Source: Ranitomeya imitator (Eukaryota). From it: 64,000 nt of DNA. Both the position numbers and the translations under genes were made by a program. Within the stretch, counting starts at the first letter, position 1; each line of letters opens with the position of its first letter. The stretch spans positions 10,540,001-10,604,000 of the forward strand of contig NC_091285.1 of the NCBI RefSeq assembly GCF_032444005.1. Reading direction: 5' to 3'. Positions 1 to 10,794 of the stretch are shown piece by piece. Under the pieces are notes generated by a model that had not been told where the DNA came from, did no database searches, and saw nothing but the letters and a program-made list of their open reading frames with translations.

Positions 1-30
1 AGGGACAAAGAAACAATAACACCACACTTA

Positions 31-474
31 AGGTACCTTCACACTAAACGACGCTGCAGCGATACCGACAACGATCCGGATCGCTGCAGCGTCGCTGTTT
101 GGTCGCTGGAGAGCTGTCACACAGACAGCTCTCCAGCGACCAACGATGCCGGTAACCAGGGTAAACATCGGGTTGCTAAGCGCAGGGCCGCGCTTAGTAA
201 CCCGATGTTTACCCTGGTTACCATCCTAAAAGTAAAAAAAAAAAAACCGCTTCATACTTACCTTCCGCTGTCTGTCCCCCGGCGCTCTGCTTCTCTGTAC
301 TGGCTGTGAGCACAGCAGACGTCACCGCTCTGCTTTCCAGCCGCTGTGCTCACAGCCAGTACAGAGAAGCAGAGCGCCGGGGGACAGACAGCGGAAGGTA
401 AGTATGAAGCGTTTGTTTTTTTACTTTTAGGATGGTAACCAGGGTAAACATCGGGTTACTAAGCGCGGCCCTGC
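31..474. mobile_element. Truncated palindromic MITE (PIF/Harbinger-like), same family as 60382-61219
   Basis: Begins TTA|AGGTACCTTCACAC, the same terminus as the complete copy at 60382. Contains the same nested hairpins (e.g. GGTAACCAGGGTAAACATCGGG...CCCGATGTTTACCCTGGTTACC). Right end is missing. Confidence 0.7.
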
Positions 475-1011
475 GGAAAACGCAGAAAGAAGTGACATGC
501 TGCGGAATGTAAACCGCTGCGTTTCCGCGTGTTTTTTCCCGCAGCATGTGCACAGCATTTTTTATTTCCCATAGGTTTACATTGAACTGTGCACATAGCC
601 TTCTGCTTTCTAGTTGCTGAAATCACAACATTTTACCCCACTGCTGTTCTGTGATGGTGAAAGGAGATCTCCATCTTCTTCACAGCGCTTGCTGCCCCGA
701 GATCCATTTATGTGCACACGTTGCGGATTTTGATGCGTTTCCGCAGCATTGTTGGATGCGTGGAATTGCCTCAGTGCGTTGTGCGCACAATGTTAATAGG
801 AAATACAAAAACGCTATGCACATGCTGCGCATACCTCCCAACTTTTGAGGAAGGGGAAGAGGAACAAAGTCAGCGGCGCGTGTAGCGTGCCGCGGCAAAT
901 TGTAAGCCACACCTCTGACCACACCCATTTCACAACTAGCCACGCCCCGACCACACCCATTTAGCAGTTCTGATCACAAATTTTCGTAAACAATAATTAT
1001 AAACAAAAAAA

Positions 1012-1680
1012 ATATGGCCACACACGACGCTCCATACTGTACAATGGCCACACACGACGCTCCATACTGTACAATGGCCACACACGACGCTCCATAGTGT
1101 ACAATGGCCACACACTACACTCCATACTGTACAATGGCCACACACACGACGCTCCATAGTGTATAATGGCCACACACGACGCTCCATACTGTACAATGGC
1201 CACACACGACGCTCCATACTGTACAGTGGCCACACACGACGCTCCATAGTGTATAATGGCCACACACGACGCTCCATACTGTACAATGGCCACACACGAC
1301 GCTCCATACTGTACAGTGGCCACACACGACGCTCCATAGTGTATAATGGCCACACACGACGCTCCATACTGTACAATGGCCACACACGACGCTCCATACT
1401 ATACAATGGCCACACACGACGCTCCATACTGTACAATGGCCCCACACGACGCTCCATAGTGTACAATGGCCACACACGATGCTCCATACTATACAATGGC
1501 CAGGCTGTCAGAGACCGGCCGGTCCGATGGCACATCCATACAGTATAATGGCCCCACACGATGCTGGGTACAGTATAATGGCCACACATAATGCTGGGTA
1601 CAGTATAATGGCCACACATGATGCTCCATACAGTACAATGGCCCCACACAATGCTGGGTACAGTATAATGGCCACGCATG
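1012..1680. repeat. 30-nt minisatellite (ACAATGGCCACACACGACGCTCCATACTGT) with diverged 3' units
   Basis: Period 30 is visible directly in the sequence and explains the repetitive ORFs at 936-1727. Confidence 0.95.
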
Positions 1681-1955
1681 GTTACCCCACCCCCATCATT
1701 GCCTTCTCCATCACTACACACAGACACCTTTCACTGTGCATCCTTGCAGCAACTGGCAGCTTCCACTCCCACGGCGCTGAATGGTGTCATCCAGCTGCAC
1801 CGCAGACTGCTCACGTCGCTGCAGCTGTGATACGCCACTGATAAAGACCTTTCTGTGTCTCCTGTGCCAGTCCGTGTCAGAGCGAGGAGCAATATCTGCT
1901 CCGATCCAACACAGCTATACACCTTGTACACACACGACTCCGCTCCATGCACCAT

Positions 1956-2493
1956 TGTTAAAAATCGTTATTGAGCAAAAATATCTAATCAAGACTTAAC
2001 CAGGTGCGTTATTCTTAAAAGAAAAATGTCATGATTTTCTGACGAAAGTATAGTGGTTTATTGAGTTATCCACCATCGCAGCAAAAACATAAAAGGTAGA
2101 TGAAACAATTACAAACAGAGTGTCCATGTGTAGATATCAGCGCTTCTCCTGTTACTCATCTTTCCAGGGTCCTGAATGGTAGAAGTCATCTGTCTGTGTG
2201 AAAGTCTGAAGTCATCATGGCATGGAGTAGCTAACAGCTGTTGTTCCTCGTGTCTTGTCCCATGTCCATGGAGAATGATGGTGAAGGAAGGGAGGTGACC
2301 GTCCCACGTGACAAAAAGCCCCCCACCCCCTCCTAAGAGACGTTTATATATGGTTTCTACACTGATCACGTGTCTTCTGTATATGGAGTTAACTTATACT
2401 CTGAGCTACATACACAGAAATAGCTTTTGATAGTGTCAGCAAGAAACCATGTGCTCGATACAGAATAAAAATAAGAATAATTAATATTTAACA
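1956..2493 (-). repeat. 3' LTR of the ERV-like element
   Basis: TG...CA ends. Minus-strand TATATAAA at 2350-2343 and AATAAA at 2062-2057. Preceded on the minus strand by a PPT. Confidence 0.92.
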
Positions 2494-5400
2494 ATTCCCC
2501 CTTTTGAGGGTGACAGACATTGATTGGAACCCTCAAATTAAAATATTAATAAAATCTTCTTTCTTCTTTGGCAAAATGATGTAATAAATAATATCAATAA
2601 TAATATTGTTATATGTTCTCAATGATATGTAAATTCATGTTATGGTAATTCATGTTATGGTAATTCATGTTATGGTAAGCCGTGACTAATATTCATATAA
2701 AATATATATTATACTTCCCTATATCTACTTGATGCATCTCAGGTCTGATGTCATCTGGTCTTCATATTGATGTCTTCTTGGTTCTTTTAAACAATTTTTA
2801 ATATAAGTCTTTTGAAATAGATGATAGCATGTAGATATGTAGAGACTGTGTGTCATGTGTCAATCAAAGTCCATAAAATCAAATGTTGATAAGAAAACAA
2901 AGTCCATAGATGAAATGTAGCTTTAATATCTGTGCAGTGTCACTTTTAGAGACCTGGACTTACATTGGCTCGCCTTGGAAATCATCTGGAATCCTCATAT
3001 CGTCCGCACTGGTCTTGGGACAGGTGTGACGTCTTTGGTCAGCACAGCAAGGGTTACATTGACTCTTCCTTGCCAAACATAGCACCATAACCAGTCCTTA
3101 GTGCACAGGACACATGTCAGGGTTGTAGCGTCCTGACAATTACCTGAGTGTTCACCAGCTTTCATGGAAGTCTTATAGGTGATAGGAAACCACTGGATCG
3201 TGATAAGAACGTAATAACACAGTTCATCTTTGATACTGTACTCAGTTGTCAGTGATGGATGCTGTAGTTGTGAATGGTGACATGAATTGTATTTGACACA
3301 GTCTATTATTACTCAGAAATCATAGCATTGTTACCTTGTGGAACTTCTGGATAACGGCTTTTCTTCTTGCAATTTTTAAGAATCAATTGAATTTAGAAAA
3401 ATGTAAAGTCTTTATTAACGTATCTCCGGTATCTTGATTGAAGTCTTCATTCCCTATTCTATACCAAATCTGGTTCTTTTCCCTAACTTATAACATCACA
3501 GCGTACCATAGCAATCAATAATATCCATATAATTATTAAATTATATTAATATGAAATTTATATTTAGAAAATAAAATAATAATAATAATAACAATAAATG
3601 ATATATTATTTACCATATTCTTCATGTGATTGGACATTTTTATGTCATAGGTGTAATTTCTTTTTGAACCCATAGATGTCAGTGTGTCTTTTATGTAACA
3701 AGTGCTGATATTTATTATTAAAACTTTATTAATTTATGTTCAGTAGACCAATAATATGTAAGTATGTATAGTCATGAACCAAAATAAGTATATATATGAA
3801 TAAATGAATGAATGAGTGAAAGAATTGTTGTATTTAACTCAGGAATTGAAACATTTCTTATATAATGAAACCATATGATCACTATATTTGATAAAGCAAT
3901 ATGCTTGTAGACATTACTCTATTAAATATTGATTTTTCCTTGATGAAAAATAAGAATGAAAAATAAAAATTGAAAGAAAAGTGGAAAAAAAATGAAAAAT
4001 AAAAATGAGAATAAAAAATAAAAATAAGGCCTTTATATGTTGATGACAAATGCTGAGATTATGTCTCAGTAACACATTCCCTTAATATTTTTGTAGATGT
4101 TGTCATAACCTTGGATTACCAAAATATTGAAATTATGCAACTTTGCATAGAATACCCTTCATAAGAGAAAAAAATGATATTTATAATATTTATTGTTATT
4201 GTACCCAATAATACCTTATTAATATTTCTTCTTTATTAAAATGTGTGAAGAAGAGGTATTGATGAAATGTGATGATGTGATCAGGATCAAAAACACATTT
4301 CCCCCTTAATATCAAAAAATATTATTTTATGAAAAAATTAATTTGTAAAAACCCAAGTGAAAAATAATTATTTTTATAACTGTCATATCAACTTGTGCCA
4401 TATATTTGTTTGAAGATGTATACTCATCTGTAAATATAAAAAAACACTGAAATATGAAAAAATTATCATTAGGAAAAAATGTTCTAAATGTAGGTTTCCT
4501 TGATAAACCATATTGATGTGTTATTGTACTTATTAAATAATAATAATAACTAAAGAAATATATGTTGCTTACATGTTGAATAATAATATTTAAATATATC
4601 TTAATATTCTAATAATTTAACTGGATCCTATTATTATTATTTTTTTTAAACACACAGTTGTTGGGTTTTTTTTCTGACATACCATAAATCATGAGGCCTC
4701 AGTCAAACTGTGCATACACATTCCACATTCCACGCTCTGGTCACTCTTACATCACATCTCATGTCAAGTTCACTCAGCAGCTGCTCATATGTTCTCTCAC
4801 CTGTCACATGTGACTCACATAGACGTTCACAATACATTTCACATACAAAGAATAAAAAACATGTATATTAACCCAAAATATTGTATCCTAATTATCAATA
4901 AATGCGCATTGTAATCTATTAAATTTAGTATTCTAATATTCCTTTGAATATTCCCCAAATATTATCTAACAGTATGTTTTAACCTATAGAAAGGACTCCT
5001 CCATTTACAAGAAACCCGAGTTGAATGTTCCAACGCTATTTCGGTACAGGAATCCATTTGAATGTATAGGCTGAGGAAAATTCCTAAAATTAAAAAACAA
5101 GGCTATATGATATTTCTTAACTCACATATGTCACACCATGCACCATGCAGTGGGAGGAAAAAAAAAAACATAATGTTACAGAAAAACATGTAGTACACAC
5201 ATTTTTAGGTTATTAGATATATTATTTTAAGTGTTAAATATATATATATATATATAAATCATGCAGTTAATATAACTTCCTGTGTGAATAAGACATAAAT
5301 TCATGAAACAGGTATTTTTTGTTCAATCCTCGCTTTGAAAGTAAAATTCTAAGGGAAATGAAAGATAAAGGTTAATTTCATATTTATTTCAAAACAAAAT

Positions 5401-5661
5401 AATTTAAATATCTTATACATATGTATATATTTAATAAATGTATTTAATTGTAATTCTAAATATTTTTTACTGGAGTATATTTTAATTATTTCACTATATA
5501 TATAAAAATGCAGTTAATATAATCTCTATTTATACAAATATGCTACAGTATTTACTGTATACTATATTAATATATATAACTGCAGAATTATATTGAAATA
5601 GAATAATTACATTTTAATAAATAATACATTGTATAACTCATCATATAATATAATTACATAT

Positions 5662-7035
5662 TTAGCCAATTCCTATCCCAAAATGTAACTCTCTGTCGAT
5701 TATCTGAAATGCTGTATTTAGTAAGGTCAGTTTTAACCCTATGGACTCTTTGAAGAGCTGCTGTGATAATGGAGTGTTCAGCTGAGCTCCCCCTGGGATA
5801 CTCACCTGCTTCCGTCTGTCAGTCTCCGCCATCTTTAGAGACAGATCTGAGCCTTCAGATTTTAAATCTTTCAGAGAAATTTCTTTAATAGACTCCTGAA
5901 TCTTTTCATAGGGTTTGTAGCAAATATGTAATTTTCTTCGTACTTCATAGATTTGATTTTGGATCAGTTTTGGAGATTTTGATTTTGGCTTTTGATAAGA
6001 TTGAATTCTGACTGGTTTCAAAAACTTAGTAAAATGTGTTTTCCTTTCAAGATTCTCGTGTTTTCTAGAAAAATCAAGGGATTGGGCGCATTCGTATAAA
6101 GAATTTTTCTGTGTAGCAATTATACGAGATACAGGATTTAAGAATTTAAACTTGTTTACAAAACAATTTATCATGGATTGTTGATTCAAATTCGTACAGA
6201 CCAATTTATAAATCCTTTCAAAAATGGCCATAAAAGTAAACGTACATTCTTCCTGGCCAATCTTCAATTTTAGAAGAATATCAAGATCTGGATAATTTTC
6301 TTTCAATCCACAGAAAATCAAAATTCTTAATCTTTCTACATCAGTCATATTTTCATACTCCTCATTCTGCATTTCTAATGAATATCTTCTCATAAAAGTT
6401 ACTGGCAGCCAAATTTTAAACAAATTATTTTTCTCCTGATTAGTCAAATCAAACTTATCAGCAAAACTTTCAAATATCTCTGAATTTCTGCACACATGGA
6501 TTTTGTCATCATATGCAGGAATGATTTTGCATAATTTTAGCAGGATTTTCCTAGATTTAGGTTGGAGTTGGGCCTCTGAGTCGTCTATTTTTAGTGGCAA
6601 TGGTACATCTGTCCCTCGTAGATCATCTTTGTCAATTGTCATGTCTCCTTCACTTCCTCCATCTTGTTTTTCATCTTGTGTCACAAAGTCAATGTCACTT
6701 TGGGTGGTCATCGTCATTACAGATACGTGCGTCACATCTTTCTCACTCTTCTCATTACAGTCAATCTTGGGAACATCATTAGTTTCCTTAGAAATTCTTT
6801 CTACACTGTCTTTTTTGGACTTCTCTATGACAAACTCGTTAAATACATAAACCATATGTAAAATATTTTTAAGTTGCTCTTTTTCTTTTTTCTTAGACAT
6901 TAGCTTACAATCTAAATTCAAATTCGCGGTTCTGCATTCTGAAAATAAATTAGACCAAAATATTTCTAAGCTAGATCCGTACAAACTTACAAATTCTATC
7001 TGACTTGATTTAGCATATGAATTTATCAAATCCAT
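5662..7035 (-). CDS. 457-aa ORF in the gag position of the LTR element (putative Gag/capsid-like protein)
   Basis: The only long ORF in the element. Starts about 300 nt after the PBS and 9 nt after a consensus donor AAG|GTAAGA. Has a predicted helical central region and a basic C-terminal part. No diagnostic motif recognised. Confidence 0.6.
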   Translation of the reverse strand: MDLINSYAKSSQIEFVSLYGSSLEIFWSNLFSECRTANLNLDCKLMSKKKEKEQLKNILHMVYVFNEFVIEKSKKDSVERISKETNDVPKIDCNEKSEKDVTHVSVMTMTTQSDIDFVTQDEKQDGGSEGDMTIDKDDLRGTDVPLPLKIDDSEAQLQPKSRKILLKLCKIIPAYDDKIHVCRNSEIFESFADKFDLTNQEKNNLFKIWLPVTFMRRYSLEMQNEEYENMTDVERLRILIFCGLKENYPDLDILLKLKIGQEECTFTFMAIFERIYKLVCTNLNQQSMINCFVNKFKFLNPVSRIIATQKNSLYECAQSLDFSRKHENLERKTHFTKFLKPVRIQSYQKPKSKSPKLIQNQIYEVRRKLHICYKPYEKIQESIKEISLKDLKSEGSDLSLKMAETDRRKQVSIPGGAQLNTPLSQQLFKESIGLKLTLLNTAFQIIDRELHFGIGIG

Positions 7036-7343
7036 TTGTCTTACCTTGAAATCTCAGCTTGTAATCCCTTTGCTTTTACAACGCTGGGCTCCGGACTTCA
7101 GCACGGCTATTTTTAGCACGTCTGTTCTTCAGCACTACCAGTGCTTGCTGTCAATCCGTACAACACCTGTTAGTCTCCGTCATTCGTAGGTTCTTGTGAG
7201 ATCTTTGTGACTTGAAATTTTGAAGTGGAATTCCTGAATACTTGCACAATCTAGCGGAACTCTTCTGTCTTCCCCCGTGTGCAAGAAGAAGGAAATTCAC
7301 GCAAAAATAGCACAAAAAATCAAAACTGGCTGGCTAGGCCAAA

Positions 7344-7881
7344 TGTTAAAAATCGTTATTGAGCAAAAATATCTAATCAAGACTTAACCAGGTGCGTTAT
7401 TCTTAAAAGAAAAATGTCATGATTTTCTGACGAAAGTATAGTGGTTTATTGAGTTATCCACCATCGCAGCAAAAACATAAAAGGTAGATGAAACAATTAC
7501 AAACAGAGTGTCCATGTGTAGATATCAGCGCTTCTCCTGTTACTCATCTTTCCAGGGTCCTGAATGGTAGAAGTCATCTGTCTGTGTGAAAGTCTGAAGT
7601 CATCATGGCATGGAGTAGCTAACAGCTGTTGTTCCTCGTGTCTTGTCCCATGTCCATGGAGAATGATGGTGAAGGAAGGGAGGTGACCGTCCCACGTGAC
7701 AAAAAGCCCCCCACCCCCTCCTAAGAGACGTTTATATATGGTTTCTACACTGATCACGTGTCTTCTGTATATGGAGTTAACTTATACTCTGAGCTACATA
7801 CACAGAAATAGCTTTTGATAGTGTCAGCAAGAAACCATGTGCTCGATACAGAATAAAAATAAGAATAATTAATATTTAACA
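7344..7881 (-). repeat. 5' LTR of the ERV-like element
   Basis: Identical to 1956-2493. Followed on the minus strand by TT and then the PBS. Confidence 0.92.
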
Positions 7882-9595
7882 ACCATGCACATGCGGCTCC
7901 GCTCCGTACACCTCGTACACACACGGCTCCGCTCCGTACACCTTATACACACGGCTCCTCCCCATACACCTCGTACACACACGGCTCCGCTCCGTACACC
8001 TTGTACACACACGCCTCCACTCTGTACACCTCGTACACACACAGCTCTGCTGCATACACCTCGTACACACACAGCTCTGCTGCATACACCTCGTACACAC
8101 ACGGCTCTGCTGCGTACACCTCGTACACACACGGCTCCGCTCCGTACACCTCGTACGCAGACAGCTTCGCTCCGTACACCTCGTACACACACAGCTCCGC
8201 TCCGTACACCTCGTACACACACGGCTCTGCTGCATACACCTCGTACACACACGGCTCCACTCCGTACACCTCATACACACAAGGCTCCGCTCCGTACACC
8301 TCATACATACATGGCTCATCTCCATACATCTTGTACACACACGCCTCCACTCCGTACACCTCGTACACACACAGCTCCGCTCCATACACATTGCACATGC
8401 TGCTCCGTATACCTTGCTCACACATGGCTCCGCTCTGTACACCTCATACACACGGCTCCTCTCCATACACCTCGTACACACATGGCTCTGCTCCACACAC
8501 ATTGCACACGCTGCTCTGCTCCGTATACCTTGTACACACATGGCTCTGCTCTGCACACCTCGTACACACGTGGCTCTGCTCTGTACACTTCGTACACAAG
8601 TGGCTCAGTTCCGTACACCTCGTACACACACGGCTCCGCTCCGTACACCTTGTACACACACGCCTCCACTCTGTACACCTCGTACACACACAGCTCTGCT
8701 GCATACACCTCGTACACACACAGCTCTGCTGCATACACCTCGTACACACACGGCTCTGCTGCGTACACCTCGTACACACACGGCTCTGCTGCGTACACCT
8801 CGTACACACACGGCTCTGCTGCGTACACCTCGTACACACACGGCTCCGCTCCGTACACCTCGTACACACACGGCTCCGCTCCGTACACCTCGTACACACA
8901 CGGCTCCGCTGCGTACAACTCGTACACAGACAGCTCTGCTCCGTACACCTCGTACACACACAGCTCCGCTCCGTACACCTCGTACACACACGGCTCCACT
9001 CCGTACACCTCGTACACACACGGCTCCGCTGCGTACACCTCGTACACAGACAGCTCCGCTCCGTACACCTCGTACACACACAGCTCCGCTCCATACATCT
9101 TGTACACACACGCCTCCACTCCGTACACCTCGTACACACACGGCTCTGCTCCATACACATTGCACATGCTGCTCCGTATACCTTGCTCACACACGGCTCC
9201 GCTCTGTACACCTCATACACACGGCTCCTCTCCATACACCTCGTACACACATGGCTCTGCTCTGCACACCTCGTACACACGTGGCTCTGCTCTGTACACT
9301 TCGTACACAAGTGGCTCAGTTCCGTACACCTCGTACACACACACGACTCTGCTCCATACACCTTTCACACTCTGCTCCGATCCGCACACCTCTTAAACAC
9401 ATGGCTCCGCTCCGTACACCTTGTACACACACGACTCTGCTCCATACACCTTTCACACTCTGCTCCGATCCGCACACCTCTTAAACACATGGCTCCGCTC
9501 CGTACACGTCTTACACACACGACTCTGCTCCATACACCTTTCACATGCTGCTCCGATCCATACACCTCATACACACACGGCTCTGCTACATCCAC
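7882..9595. repeat. 30-nt minisatellite (CACCTCGTACACACACGGCTCCGCTCCGTA), split by the LTR insertion
   Basis: Tandem units throughout. The first partial unit lies left of the LTR element at about 1915-1955. Source of the 300-530 aa repetitive ORFs. Confidence 0.95.
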
Positions 9596-9743
9596 ACTGT
9601 AAACACCTTGTCACGATATTGTATGAAATATCAAATAAGTTTAGTTTCTCTTGTTAGCCCAGGCTGTGGGCTAAAACCCCCCTTCCCTTTCACTCAGGCA
9701 AGAGCTTGCCTTGTCAATGTATGCGGGGGAGTTTTATTGAAGA

Positions 9744-10332
9744 AAGGTATTTACGACTATCATAGCTGCAGTGGAAAGTTGTGCTAGCCAAAACCGGTCT
9801 GATTCCCTTCTGAAAATGCAAGAAGTCCTTTGTTCCATTATTGTAAGATATTGGGCCAACGATTTAGGCTAGAAAAAGGAAAAGTACATATTAACATTCA
9901 TCAGCTTCTAACTCCATCAGGAAAAAAGTAGGGATTTCTCTGTAATTATGCATCACAAATAGGACATATTTGATCTCATTAGAATGCCAATGTTAATATG
10001 AGATGAATGCTGGGTTTGTTATGACTATGACATGTTCTGTAGCGAAGTTACAGGCATTAGACAAATTTAGGTTAAATTTAGTTAAACTGAAGAGATCGGA
10101 GGAATCAGAGAAATCCCTACTTTTTACCTGATGGAGTTAGAAGCTCATGTTTAGAGTGGCTGACAGAACCGCCGACGAATGTTAACAATATGTATTTTTC
10201 CTTTTTCTAGCCTAAATCGTTGGCCCAATATCTTACAATAATGGAACAAAGGACTTCTTGCATTTACAGAAGGGAATTAGACCGGTTTTGGCTGGCACAA
10301 CTTTCCACTGCAGCTATGCCAGTTGTAACCTT
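9744..10332. mobile_element. Foldback/MITE with long inverted arms
   Basis: 9761-9942 is the near-perfect reverse complement of 10106-10318. The right end runs into a Penelope fragment. Confidence 0.7.
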
Positions 10333-10794
10333 CAACGCAACAGAGGCGGCGGAAATTCTTTCCAAAGTTACCGCGCCCAGCGACTTTCTTCAGATTCCTG
10401 CCAAAGAACTCAAGAATCGCGACTTGGAACGCGAGTCTAGAAGAGCAGTTAGCTTAGAATTGCACATTATTACAATAGCTGAATACCTCCGTGTCCAGAG
10501 GATCCCACGGGGATTGCGGGTCCCCTTACAACCGACCTTCTTCAGGGAAGATAAAGACTATTGCACGAAGTTCGAACACATTCTAAACAAATGTTCCGCA
10601 GACCTTATGACTTTAACCCTTTCCTACCTTCAAAAGAACCTGGAGACGGTGAATGCCCAAATCAACGCGATCGAGAGCCAACTGACCAGTACCCTGCCTC
10701 AAGAAGAATTCCAGGAACTCAAGTCAAAGAATCAGGAATTATTACGGTCACACGGATTAGAATTGGAGAAGAGGAAAAGATCCAAATTCTTGAG
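10330..10794 (+). mobile_element. Truncated duplicate of the 5' part of the Penelope-like ORF
   Basis: Near-identical to about 12592-13060 (FNATEAAEILSKV...KRKRSKFLR). Confidence 0.9.

Larger units (their letters stand above)
1956..7881 (-). mobile_element. Non-autonomous LTR retroelement / ERV-like provirus, full length with TSD
   Basis: Direct repeats 1956-2493 and 7344-7881 (538 bp, TGTTAAA...TTTAACA, identical by eye; identical 86-aa ORFs offset by 5388). ACCAT 5-bp TSD at 1951-1955 and 7882-7886. Minus-strand PBS-like TGGCCTAGCCAGCCAG at 7341-7326. PPT AAAAGGGGGAAT immediately inside the left LTR. No RT or integrase ORF. Confidence 0.93.

Noticed and set aside
2109-2369. Duplicated 86-aa ORF (also 7497-7757)
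   Set aside because: Lies within the LTRs, overlapping the TATA/R region. Useful only as evidence of LTR identity.
7869-9602. Long ORFs of 250-530 aa in several frames
   Set aside because: Translations of a 30-nt satellite, open in multiple frames on both strands with no domain content.
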